In this document: in pieces, positions 10,379-19,072 of the stretch
Position numbering within the stretch: position 1 is the stretch's first letter
How the letters are laid out: every line of letters starts with the position of its first letter
Assembly: GCA_024641805.1 (NCBI GenBank)
Contig: JAHECJ010000001.1
Coordinates: 1 to 29,151 of the forward strand
Source of the DNA: Desulfococcus sp.
Lineage (GTDB): Bacteria > Desulfobacterota > Desulfobacteria > Desulfobacterales > Desulfosalsimonadaceae
Length of the DNA: 29,151 nucleotides
Reading direction: 5' to 3'
Notes under the pieces: model-generated
Database searches by the model: none
What the model saw: only the letters and a program-made list of their open reading frames with translations
What the model was told of the DNA's origin: nothing
Position numbers and translations under genes: made by a program

Positions 10379-11551
10379 TTAATACCCGGATCTTTTCCCA
10401 TAGCCCATATCAATTTCAAGCTTGTCAATTTTGCTGGTTGATTCGCCTCTGGAACTTTTTACCAAATCAATCCCCCGTCCGACGATGGATCTGCGCGACG
10501 CATATCCAACGGCGGTTTCTTCTGAAATCAGGCCTTTTTCAAATAAACCGACAATAAAATTATCAAAGGTGGTCCATCCGAACGCGGTGGATGCTTCCAT
10601 CATGTCATAATAGGTTTTTCCTTCTGATTCCCCGTGCAAAATAGAATCCTTCACCCGCAGGCTGGTTCCAAGAATCTCAAAGGCGGCTGCCCGCCCGCCG
10701 CCGATTTTTGGCAAAAGGCGCTGACAGACCACCCACCGCAGTGTATCTGCCAGACGGATCCGAATCTGGTTTTCCTCTTCGGAGGAAAACATTCCCAGAA
10801 TACGGTTAATGGTTTGCCCCGCGTCAACGGTATGCAGGGTGGTGAAAACCAGATGACCGGTTTCGGCCGCGGATAAACCGATTTCAACGGTTTCCCGATC
10901 CCTCATTTCACCCACCAGGATGACTTTCGGCGCCTGTCTTAGTGCGGCCCTCAGTCCGGTTGCAAAAGAACTGAAATCTTTTCCCAGTTCGCGCTGGTTG
11001 AACGTGGATTTTTTATGGGTATGAATATATTCGACCGGATCTTCAAGAGTGACAATATGCACGGACTTTTCTTTGTTGATTTCAGATAATAGCGCTGCCA
11101 GCGAAGTGGTTTTACCGGTTCCGGTGGCTCCGGTAAAAATGACAATTCCGTTTCTTTCCCGGGCTATTTTATAAAAAATTTCCGGAAGCCCCATCTCTTT
11201 AACGGTCGGCACTTTTGTTTCAAGCTGGCGAAGGACAATTGAATAGTTTCCGGACTGGGAAAAAACATTGACCCTGAACCTCGCTTTGCCCGGCAGGGAG
11301 TAAGACAAATCACAGGAACCTTCTTTAAGCAATGTATCAATCAGTCGCCGGTCGCGTCCAATCAGGTTTAATGCAATCACTTCCGTTTGAAAAGGAGTTA
11401 AAATTTTCAGGGGAGGTTTCATGTCTACGGGAGTCAGCTCACCGTAGGTTTCAACCTGCAGCGGCTTTCCCGAGGTAAAATTTAAGTCCGACACGCTTTC
11501 ATGGGAATCCAGCATTGCGGTTAAAATATAATCGGTTTCCGGCTTTTTCAT
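10379..11551 (-). CDS. pilU: PilT/PilU-family type IV pilus retraction ATPase (PilU-like paralog)
   Basis: Walker [47 protein letters not shown]; tandem with pilT. The pilU versus second pilT assignment is tentative. Confidence 0.85.
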   Translation of the reverse strand: MKKPETDYILTAMLDSHESVSDLNFTSGKPLQVETYGELTPVDMKPPLKILTPFQTEVIALNLIGRDRRLIDTLLKEGSCDLSYSLPGKARFRVNVFSQSGNYSIVLRQLETKVPTVKEMGLPEIFYKIARERNGIVIFTGATGTGKTTSLAALLSEINKEKSVHIVTLEDPVEYIHTHKKSTFNQRELGKDFSSFATGLRAALRQAPKVILVGEMRDRETVEIGLSAAETGHLVFTTLHTVDAGQTINRILGMFSSEEENQIRIRLADTLRWVVCQRLLPKIGGGRAAAFEILGTSLRVKDSILHGESEGKTYYDMMEASTAFGWTTFDNFIVGLFEKGLISEETAVGYASRRSIVGRGIDLVKSSRGESTSKIDKLEIDMGYGKRSGY

Positions 11552-11633
11552 ATTTCCTCATTCCTTACAAAATTTGTTTGAAAAACGCCATGAATAAGGT
11601 CCCCTTTATTGGATCCAGAGCTCTCGCTCACGC

Positions 11634-12716
11634 CTATGCCTCGGTAAAATCAACAGGAGCCGATTTCAGCAAAGGCCTGAATCTCTGTTTGTCATTCGAC
11701 TTGTTGTAACTGTCTTCAGCGCTGATCCATCCCCTGTTATACAAATCCATGATGGCATCATCCAGCAGGATCATACCATATTTTTTCCCGGTCTGCATTG
11801 AAGAAGGCAGCTGATGCGTTTTGGACTCCCGGATCAGGTTCCTCACCGCCGGGGTGGCAATCAGTATTTCAAGCGCCGGACATCGCCCTTTTCGATCGAT
11901 CCGTTTGAATAATACCTGAGCAATAACCGCCCGGATACTGTCCGCCAGGCCGGACCGGACTTGCGCCTGCTGTTCCGCCGGAAACACTTCGACCATGCGG
12001 TCGACAGTTTTCATTGCACTTGACGTATGCAGTGTGGCAAAAACCAGATGACCTGTGGATGCCGCCTCAATGGCAAGAGACATTGTTTCCAGATCCCTCA
12101 TTTCGCCGACCAGGATGATGTCCGGATCCTATCGCAAGGCACCCCGCAAAGCCGCGCTGAAACTCTTTGTGTGAACGCCGATTTCCCGCTGATTGACAAT
12201 ACATCCCTGACTTTCATGCACGAATTCAATGGGGTCTTCAACCGTGATTATATGGTCCTTACGGGTTCGATTGGCTTCGTCAACAATTGCCGCAAGGGTT
12301 GTCGATTTTCCGCTACCCGTCGGGCCGGTGATAATTACCAGCCCCCTCGGCAGGGACGCCAGTTTTGAAATCACCTTTGGAAGTCCGAGCTGTTCACACC
12401 CCATGATATTGTTGGGAATCTGACGAAATACCGCCCCTACACCGTTTCTCTGCATGAAAAAATTTGAACGGTACCGGGCAAGACCTGGAATTTCATAACC
12501 GAAATCAACATCGCCGGTCTCTTCAAACAACTTGATTTTATCTTCAGGCGCAATTTCATAAACCATGCTGCGAAGTTCATCGTTATTCAATGGCTTATAC
12601 TTGATTCGCTCAATTTCTCCCCGAATCCTCAAAGCTGGTTGCTGCCCGGCCACCAGATGAAGGTCCGAAGCCCCTTGATCATTCATCAATTTAAAAAAGG
12701 CATCAATTTTTGCCAT
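11634..12716 (-). CDS. pilT: Type IV pilus retraction ATPase PilT, interrupted by an in-frame TAG at 12129-12131 (codon 196); 360 aa if read through
   Basis: [15 protein letters not shown] and TVEDPIEF precede [22 protein letters not shown], then [18 protein letters not shown] and C-terminal DFTEA. The two ORF-track pieces are one frame joined by 9 codons. Confidence 0.93.
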
Positions 12717-12837
12717 ATCCGGCTCCTGTTATCAAAGAATTCAACACATACACAGACTGTCACTATTTCAAAAAATCAGGAATTTTTCACATCTCTATAG
12801 TCTTCATCTAACACCAAATTGAAACAAAAGCATGTCA

Positions 12838-13137
12838 TCAGGACAGTATCATTGATAACCGCAATAAACTGTCAACAATAAAAATTCTTAAAAAAACAAC
12901 CCCCAAAAGAACAATAATCGGTGAAAAATCAATCCCGCCAAATGCGGTGGGGATTCTGCTTCTGATTTGATACAACAACGGCTCGGTGACCTGATTGATA
13001 AAGCGGACAATTGGATTAAACGGATCCGGCCGCACCCAGGATAAAATGGCATGCGCGATTACGATCCACATAAACAACGTTAATCCAATATTGATGACTT
13101 CCGCCAGGGCTCTAACAAAATTACTTAGTATAAACAT
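12838..13137 (-). CDS. yggT: YggT family membrane protein
   Basis: LSWVRPDPFNPIVRFINQVTEPLL and GGIDFSPI motifs. Confidence 0.93.
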   Translation of the reverse strand: MFILSNFVRALAEVINIGLTLFMWIVIAHAILSWVRPDPFNPIVRFINQVTEPLLYQIRSRIPTAFGGIDFSPIIVLLGVVFLRIFIVDSLLRLSMILS

Positions 13138-13200
13138 ATAAGAACTTTCTCAGTGACAGGCTGTTCAAATACTTCAAACTCCCTTAAACATCAGAATATT

Positions 13201-13284
13201 AAATAAATAAAAATTCCGTTAGAAGTCAAGCCATTTCCATGATAAAGGATAATGATTGACATTATTTTGCTAAATCATGATAAC
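13201..13284. promoter_or_regulatory. Back-to-back sigma70-like promoters for yggT-pilT (minus) and proC (plus)
   Basis: Plus strand TTGACA(13256-13261)-N17-GATAAC; minus strand TTGACT (13229-13224) followed by an AT-rich -10 region. Confidence 0.5.
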
Positions 13285-13334
13285 ACATTGGAGTTTATTT
13301 TCAAAATATTCCATTAGAACGAAAAGGATTTACA

Positions 13335-14189
13335 ATGAGTAAGCTTCACCATAAAATCGGGTTTATCGGCGCCGGCAATATGGGCCAGGCAATGATCGGC
13401 GCTTTGATAAAATCGAATTGTTGTGCGCCTTCCGACCTTTTTGTTTGCGATATCTCGAAAAAACAAACTGATATCCTGAAAGCAACCTACGGAATACAGG
13501 TATTATCTGACAATTCGGCAATTATTCAGACATGCGATGTCATCATTTTTGCCGTAAAACCGCAAATCGTCGACCCGGTTTTGTCTGAATTATCCACCGG
13601 AAAAGTTTTTAAACAACCGTCTGGAAAAAAAATTTTTATTTCCATTGCTGCCGGAACGCCTATTAAAAAATTTGAAGGCTATATATATGACGCCATCACA
13701 GACGATGGGAAAAAAAAAATGCCGATCCTGCGCGTTATGCCCAATACCCCATCGCTTGTTCTTTCCGGAATGTCCGGCCTCTGCGCAAATTCTTATGCCA
13801 CCGGCGAGGATATTCAAATCGCTAAAACAATCCTGACCGCAATGGGCAAAGTCATTGAATTTCGTGAAAGTGATATGGATGCCGTTACTGCTGTCTCAGG
13901 GTCCGGGCCCGCTTATTGCTTCTACCTTGTGGAAGCAATGGTCGAGGCGGCCATAAAGCTTGGCATCTCGCCGGGAAATGCGTCTGAAATGACTGCCGCG
14001 ACCCTGAAAGGATCGCTGATATTACTCGAGAATGAGAAAATTTCACCGCGGGAACTTCGCCGAAAGGTGACTTCACCGGGGGGAACCACAGAAGCGGCGT
14101 TAACCGTGCTGGAGGACAATTCCGTAAAACAAATTATAATTCAAGCTATTACCGCTGCAGCTCAAAGATCCAGAGAACTCCGTGGTTAA
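13335..14189 (+). CDS. proC: Pyrroline-5-carboxylate reductase
   Basis: GFIGAGNMG, AVKPQ, ISIAAG, RVMPNTP, TAVSGSGPAY and VTSPGGTT motifs. Confidence 0.98.
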   Translation: MSKLHHKIGFIGAGNMGQAMIGALIKSNCCAPSDLFVCDISKKQTDILKATYGIQVLSDNSAIIQTCDVIIFAVKPQIVDPVLSELSTGKVFKQPSGKKIFISIAAGTPIKKFEGYIYDAITDDGKKKMPILRVMPNTPSLVLSGMSGLCANSYATGEDIQIAKTILTAMGKVIEFRESDMDAVTAVSGSGPAYCFYLVEAMVEAAIKLGISPGNASEMTAATLKGSLILLENEKISPRELRRKVTSPGGTTEAALTVLEDNSVKQIIIQAITAAAQRSRELRG

Positions 14190-14243
14190 ACCTTTTTTCT
14201 AATTTTATTTGATTTATTTAAATTAGTAATTAACATTGTAACA

Positions 14244-14957
14244 ATGTTTACTCAAACCATATCATATTCAGCCGCCTTTATAGCCGGACTCCTCTCTTTC
14301 CTGATGCCTTGTGTTTTTCCTTTGATCCCGGCTTATTTTACATTTATCACAGGATATTCTCTGGATGAACTAACCCGGGACACCTCCGCGCAAATCCGGA
14401 AAAAAGTGTTCGTATCAACTCTTGCGTTTGTCTCCGGATTTTCGGTACTTTTTATTGCTTTAGGTGGTTTGGCTGCCAGTTTTGGGGGGCTTTTTGACCA
14501 GCATAAAGATATTATCCGAATTATTGGCGCGATTATCGTTATCATTTTGGGAATACATCTGACGGGTATTTTCCGGATTCGTTTTTTGGAAGTGGACAAA
14601 AGAGTTCACATTCAAAAAAAGCCGCTGCATTTTTTTGGAACTTTTATTGTCGGCATGGCTTTCGGCGCAGGGTGGAGTTCATGCACCGGCCCCATGCTCG
14701 GTTCCATTATTGCCATGGCCACCACGCAGGAAACCGTCTGGCAGGGTATGGCGCTCTTGTCGTTATACACGTTTGGGCTTGCGCTTCCGTTTTTAATTAT
14801 CTCAATTTTCATTAACTACCTGCTTGAGTTTATGAGGCGTGCGTCCAAAGCGATACGATATATTAATTCGGTGGCCGGCGTATTGCTTATTTTCGTGGGA
14901 ATTTTTCTATTGGGGTTTAATTATTTTAATACCTTATTTTATTCATTCATGCATTAA
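14244..14957 (+). CDS. ccdA: CcdA / DsbD-beta family transmembrane electron transporter
   Basis: Multi-TM protein with the two conserved Cys in FLMPCVFPLIP and WSSCTGPML; followed by a thioredoxin-fold gene. Confidence 0.88.
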   Translation: MFTQTISYSAAFIAGLLSFLMPCVFPLIPAYFTFITGYSLDELTRDTSAQIRKKVFVSTLAFVSGFSVLFIALGGLAASFGGLFDQHKDIIRIIGAIIVIILGIHLTGIFRIRFLEVDKRVHIQKKPLHFFGTFIVGMAFGAGWSSCTGPMLGSIIAMATTQETVWQGMALLSLYTFGLALPFLIISIFINYLLEFMRRASKAIRYINSVAGVLLIFVGIFLLGFNYFNTLFYSFMH

Positions 14958-14990
14958 ACGCGATTTTTTTTTGAGGATTAAATTTAAAAG

Positions 14991-15490
14991 ATGAAAATAA
15001 AACATTTTTTTTTAATGATATCAGCTCTCTGTGTTTTTATTACAGTGTCTTTCTCTCCGGCGATGGCTGGAAAAAAAGAAATTCAATGGCAGCCTTATGA
15101 AACCGGCATGAAAATGATTAAAGACCAGAATAAAAAAGGATTTCTTCATTTTATACGGATTGGTGCACATACTGCAAAATAATGAACAGCCAGACATTTG
15201 CCGACGCAAAAATTATTGACTATCTCAACAAGAACTTTGTTGCTATTCGTGTGAATGCTGAAAAAGAAAAAGAGGTTGCAAAAAAATACGGTGTAAACCG
15301 GTTTCCGAATAACTGGTTTATCGCTGAGGACAATTCCACGCTATCAAGCCAGCCGGGCTTTATTCCACCGGACATGTTCCTGGATATGTTAAAATTTTTA
15401 AATACAGACAGTTTCAAAAACATGAAATTTTCTGAATTTATCCAGAAACAGGAAAAAACGAAAGATAAGGAAAAAGCCGTTACCCAGTAA
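14991..15490 (+). pseudogene. Exported thioredoxin-fold (CxxC) protein split by a 1-nt frameshift at the T4 run 15149-15152; 166 aa if one T is restored
   Basis: The first frame gives a signal peptide and ...KKGFLHF. The -1 frame continues YTDWCTYCKIMNSQTF...FVAIRVNAE...YGVNRFP. Whether the lesion is real or an assembly error is unknown. Confidence 0.85.
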
Positions 15491-15514
15491 CAATAATCAA
15501 CACTCTGATATTTA

Positions 15515-16129
15515 ATGCTGAAAGAACTAAGTCCTGGGTTTTTAAAAAGCCTTTTAAACACAACTGACTCGACTTCTGCCGCAAATGACCAGAGATATGA
15601 TTGCACCAGTGTCTTTCTTCTTTTCTACAATAAAGATCATGTACCTTACCTGCTGGCAATTTTGAAGGCGGATACTCCCGGTTATGCCTGGCGCAATCAG
15701 GTTGCGCTCCCCGGAGGACATATTGATGAAAATGACGCGAGTCCCCTTGACGCAGCGTATCGGGAACTTTCGGAAGAGCTCGGCATTTCAAAAAACCAGG
15801 TAGAGTTTATCGGTTCTCTGGGACATTTTCAAACGATTCAGCATAAGGACATTGAAGTATTTATCGGTTTCTGGGGCGGCAATGCGGAAAACACAATATA
15901 TGATCCGCAAGAAATCTCAAAAATTCTTGAAATCCCGGTTGAACCCTTGATTAAAACGCACATTGATAAATCGTTTCAGAATCATATACCTGATATCACT
16001 GAATTGATTTATCCCTTTGAAGATTTAAACATTTGGGGTGTGACAGCAAGAATTCTCCATTATTTTTTTGAATTACTGCTGATAAATGGGGGGGATAACT
16101 TTATCAGGGAACTACAGCTGAAACCTTAA
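15515..16129 (+). CDS. NUDIX hydrolase, CoA pyrophosphatase (NudL/CoAse-like)
   Basis: QVALPGGHIDENDASPLDAAYRELSEELGI Nudix box and IWGVTARIL C-terminal motif. Confidence 0.88.
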   Translation: MLKELSPGFLKSLLNTTDSTSAANDQRYDCTSVFLLFYNKDHVPYLLAILKADTPGYAWRNQVALPGGHIDENDASPLDAAYRELSEELGISKNQVEFIGSLGHFQTIQHKDIEVFIGFWGGNAENTIYDPQEISKILEIPVEPLIKTHIDKSFQNHIPDITELIYPFEDLNIWGVTARILHYFFELLLINGGDNFIRELQLKP

Positions 16130-16175
16130 TTAATATCATTAAGCGATTTTCCAGGTTAAAATTCAGCAACTTTTT

Positions 16176-16433
16176 TCACATTGCAGAATTTCCGGTATAT
16201 CGTTTAATTATCCGGATTAAATTTATCATCAACACGATACCGCTCAATACGAGAAGCAACACAGGAACCCCGATATAATCGTTATAGGCTTCCACTTGTC
16301 TGGCAACCTTTATACCGTCCAACCCGAAAAAGGCAAATACAAACATCACCACAGCTTTTATAATAAGGGCTGTATCCGTGGCATACCATGGAACGATGGC
16401 TTTTCTAAAAAATGGACTTTTATCAATTTGCAT
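16176..16433 (-). CDS. Small two-TM hypothetical membrane protein (85 aa)
   Basis: ATG start, PFFRKAIVPWY followed by two hydrophobic segments; fills the gap convergent with the NUDIX gene. Confidence 0.65.
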   Translation of the reverse strand: MQIDKSPFFRKAIVPWYATDTALIIKAVVMFVFAFFGLDGIKVARQVEAYNDYIGVPVLLLVLSGIVLMINLIRIIKRYTGNSAM

Positions 16434-16805
16434 AATCTAAAAAAAGAAATCCAATATATCGATAATAAAGATAAGGACAAATCCCGTGACGTTGAAAAAA
16501 ATGCATAGACCAAGGCGCATGATAAATACTTGGCATTTATTTCTGGCAAGAAGCCCTATCGGAACTTCCAAACGCCTATTACCTTAATAAAGTGTTATAT
16601 TCTGTTTGTCCACGAATGATTTTAATGGCAACCGGAAATTCAGTATACCCGACCACGGTTTTCCGTCCACATATCTTTCGTTTTATACGATTTTGCCGCT
16701 TCCCGCCTACCGACAGATTGAGTTAAAACTCGATGATTATATTTGGTTACGATCCCGGAGGGATGTTTCCGGCATTCAGGCAGAATTAAATTATTTACAA
16801 AAAAA

Positions 16806-16851
16806 ACACAATATATTGATTTTAATATTGACACACCTCTATATATTGTGA
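16806..16851 (+). promoter_or_regulatory. Tandem NrdR boxes overlapping the nrdD promoter
   Basis: ACACAATATATTGATT (16806-16821) and CCTCTATATATTGTGA (16836-16851) match the acaCwATATATwGtgt consensus, 30 bp apart. A -35 TTGACA lies at 16828-16833 between them. Confidence 0.82.
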
Positions 16852-16956
16852 CATATTTTTACTCGAACAAACATGAATGTGTAACAACCATTTTCAAATA
16901 TTTTTCCCCGCATTCTGCATAATTCTAAAATGTCTAACATGGGTAAAGGAATCGAA

Positions 16957-19062
16957 ATGTTTAATCAGATAAAAAAACGCAATGGCAGGGTGGATACTTT
17001 TGACTCTTCAAAAATTACAGCAGCGATCGCCAAGGCTGGAACAGCGACAGGCGAATTTGGTGATAAAGAAGCAAAAAAAATGACATTGCGCGTCTTGACC
17101 CTTGCCCAGGGAATGCATCTTTCCAATTGCCCTGAAGTCGAAGACATTCAGGATATTGTTGAAAGAGTATTACTGGATTCTCCTTACTACAAAACAGCCA
17201 AAGCCTATATCATCTACCGTGAACAACACGCTCAGATCAGAAAAATTACGACCAAAGCCCATGTCGAAATAGTAGAAAACTATGTACAGAAAATGGATTG
17301 GAAAATTAAAGAAAACAGTAATATGAGCTATTCATTGCAAGGCCTTAACAACTATATCTCTTCTGATATAACTGCGGAGTACTGGCTGAACAGAATTTAT
17401 CCTCCGGAAGTTCGGAATGCGCATAAAAATGGCGACCTTCATATCCATGACTTAAGTCTTTTGTCAATTTACTGCGTTGGCTGGGATCTCCAGGATCTGC
17501 TCACCGTCGGATTTATGGGGGTTCCCGGAAAAGTCGAAAGTGCCCCTCCGAGACATCTCAGATCCGCGCTGGGTCAAATCGTAAACTTTTTTTACACATT
17601 ACAGGGTGAGGCCGCGGGCGCGCAGGCGGTTTCCAATTTTGATACGCTGCTGGCACCATTTGTCCGCAAAGACAATCTTTCATACAAAGAGGTTAAGCAG
17701 GCTCTGCAAGAATTTGTTTTCAATATCAACATACCCACCCGGGTCGGATTCCAGACACCGTTTACCAATATTACGATGGACCTGAATGTACCGCGTACCC
17801 TTAAGGATGTACCGATAATCATCGGCGGCGAACATCAAAAAGAAACGTACGGTGATTTTCAGCATGAAATGGACATTATTAACAGTGCGTTTGCCGAAGT
17901 GATGATCGAAGGTGATGCCAAAGGACGCGTTTTTACCTTTCCCATTCCCACCTACAACATCACGGAAGATTTTGACTGGGAAAACCAGAACCTGGAAAAC
18001 ATCTGGAAAATGACGGGCAAGTATGGAATTCCATATTTTTCCAACTTTGTTAATTCCGATATGTCGCCGGAAGATGCGCGGTCCATGTGCTGCAGACTGC
18101 GCCTGGATAACCGCGAGCTTCAAAAAAGAGGTGGTGGACTTTTCGGGGCCAACCCACTTACCGGATCTATCGGCGTCGTGACGATCAACCTTCCGCGAAT
18201 CGGATATCTATCAAAGGATAAAACCGAATTTTTTGATCGGCTGAAATCCCAAACACATATTGCAAAAGAAAGCCTGACCATTAAACGAAAAGTCCTTGAA
18301 AAATTTACAGAACAGAATCTTTATCCGTATTCCAAATTTTATTTGCGAGGAATAAAAGAAAAAACAGGTACTTACTGGACAAATCATTTTTCAACCATCG
18401 GAATTATTGGAATGAATGAGGCTTGCCTGAATTTTATCGGAGAGGATATCGGCAGTCCTGCCGGCCATGCCTTTGCCGTTGAAGTTTTAGATTATCTGCG
18501 TCACTTGATGACACAAATTCAGGAGGAAACCGGAGAATTCTTCAATCTGGAAGCAACCCCCGGCGAAGGCACCGCGTTCCGGTTGGCAATGATTGATAAA
18601 AAACAGTATTCAGACATCCTTTGCGCAAATGATTCCTTTTTCAAAGAAGGTTCCGATCCCTTTTACACAAACTCAAGCCAGCTTCCGGTCAATTATACCG
18701 ACGATATTTTTGAAGCCCTTGAACTGCAGGATGATCTCCAGACAAAATATACCGGCGGAACCGTATTTCATATATTTCTCGGTGAAAAAGTGGACAGTAT
18801 TGAAGCCACCCGGAACCTGGTCAAAAAAATTACAAGTAATTTTAGGCTTCCATACTTCACGCTTTCACCCACATTCAGCGTCTGTTCAGGACACGGGTAC
18901 ATCACCGGACAACATGACCTCTGCCCGGACTGCAATGAGCCGGTTGAAGTATATTCCCGGATAGTCGGATATTTAAGACCCATCAGCCAATGGAACAATG
19001 GCAAGTTGTCAGAATTTAATATTCGGAAAACCTATGCCATGGCGAAAAGTTGTGCCGTATAA
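16957..19062 (+). CDS. nrdD: Anaerobic (class III) ribonucleoside-triphosphate reductase with N-terminal ATP cone
   Basis: IKKRNGRVDTFDSSKI ATP cone, SMCCRL finger loop, CxxC/CxxC zinc site and YSRIVGYLRP glycyl-radical motif. ATG 16957 chosen for its AAGGA SD (track start 16930). Confidence 0.97.
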   Translation: MFNQIKKRNGRVDTFDSSKITAAIAKAGTATGEFGDKEAKKMTLRVLTLAQGMHLSNCPEVEDIQDIVERVLLDSPYYKTAKAYIIYREQHAQIRKITTKAHVEIVENYVQKMDWKIKENSNMSYSLQGLNNYISSDITAEYWLNRIYPPEVRNAHKNGDLHIHDLSLLSIYCVGWDLQDLLTVGFMGVPGKVESAPPRHLRSALGQIVNFFYTLQGEAAGAQAVSNFDTLLAPFVRKDNLSYKEVKQALQEFVFNINIPTRVGFQTPFTNITMDLNVPRTLKDVPIIIGGEHQKETYGDFQHEMDIINSAFAEVMIEGDAKGRVFTFPIPTYNITEDFDWENQNLENIWKMTGKYGIPYFSNFVNSDMSPEDARSMCCRLRLDNRELQKRGGGLFGANPLTGSIGVVTINLPRIGYLSKDKTEFFDRLKSQTHIAKESLTIKRKVLEKFTEQNLYPYSKFYLRGIKEKTGTYWTNHFSTIGIIGMNEACLNFIGEDIGSPAGHAFAVEVLDYLRHLMTQIQEETGEFFNLEATPGEGTAFRLAMIDKKQYSDILCANDSFFKEGSDPFYTNSSQLPVNYTDDIFEALELQDDLQTKYTGGTVFHIFLGEKVDSIEATRNLVKKITSNFRLPYFTLSPTFSVCSGHGYITGQHDLCPDCNEPVEVYSRIVGYLRPISQWNNGKLSEFNIRKTYAMAKSCAV

Positions 19063-19072
19063 TTTTAGAAAA

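Noticed and set aside
16433-16506. Apparent third in-frame TAG upstream of the 85-aa membrane ORF
   Set aside because: On recounting the A-tracts, the upstream ATG (16506) is not in frame with the ORF, so there is no evidence of an extended reading frame.
16434-16800. Possible cobalamin riboswitch or small ORFs (16606-16851, 16640-16834, 16358-16549) upstream of nrdD
   Set aside because: No B12-box motifs were recognised. The ORFs lack SDs or protein-like features and overlap the NrdR-box promoter or the neighbouring gene.
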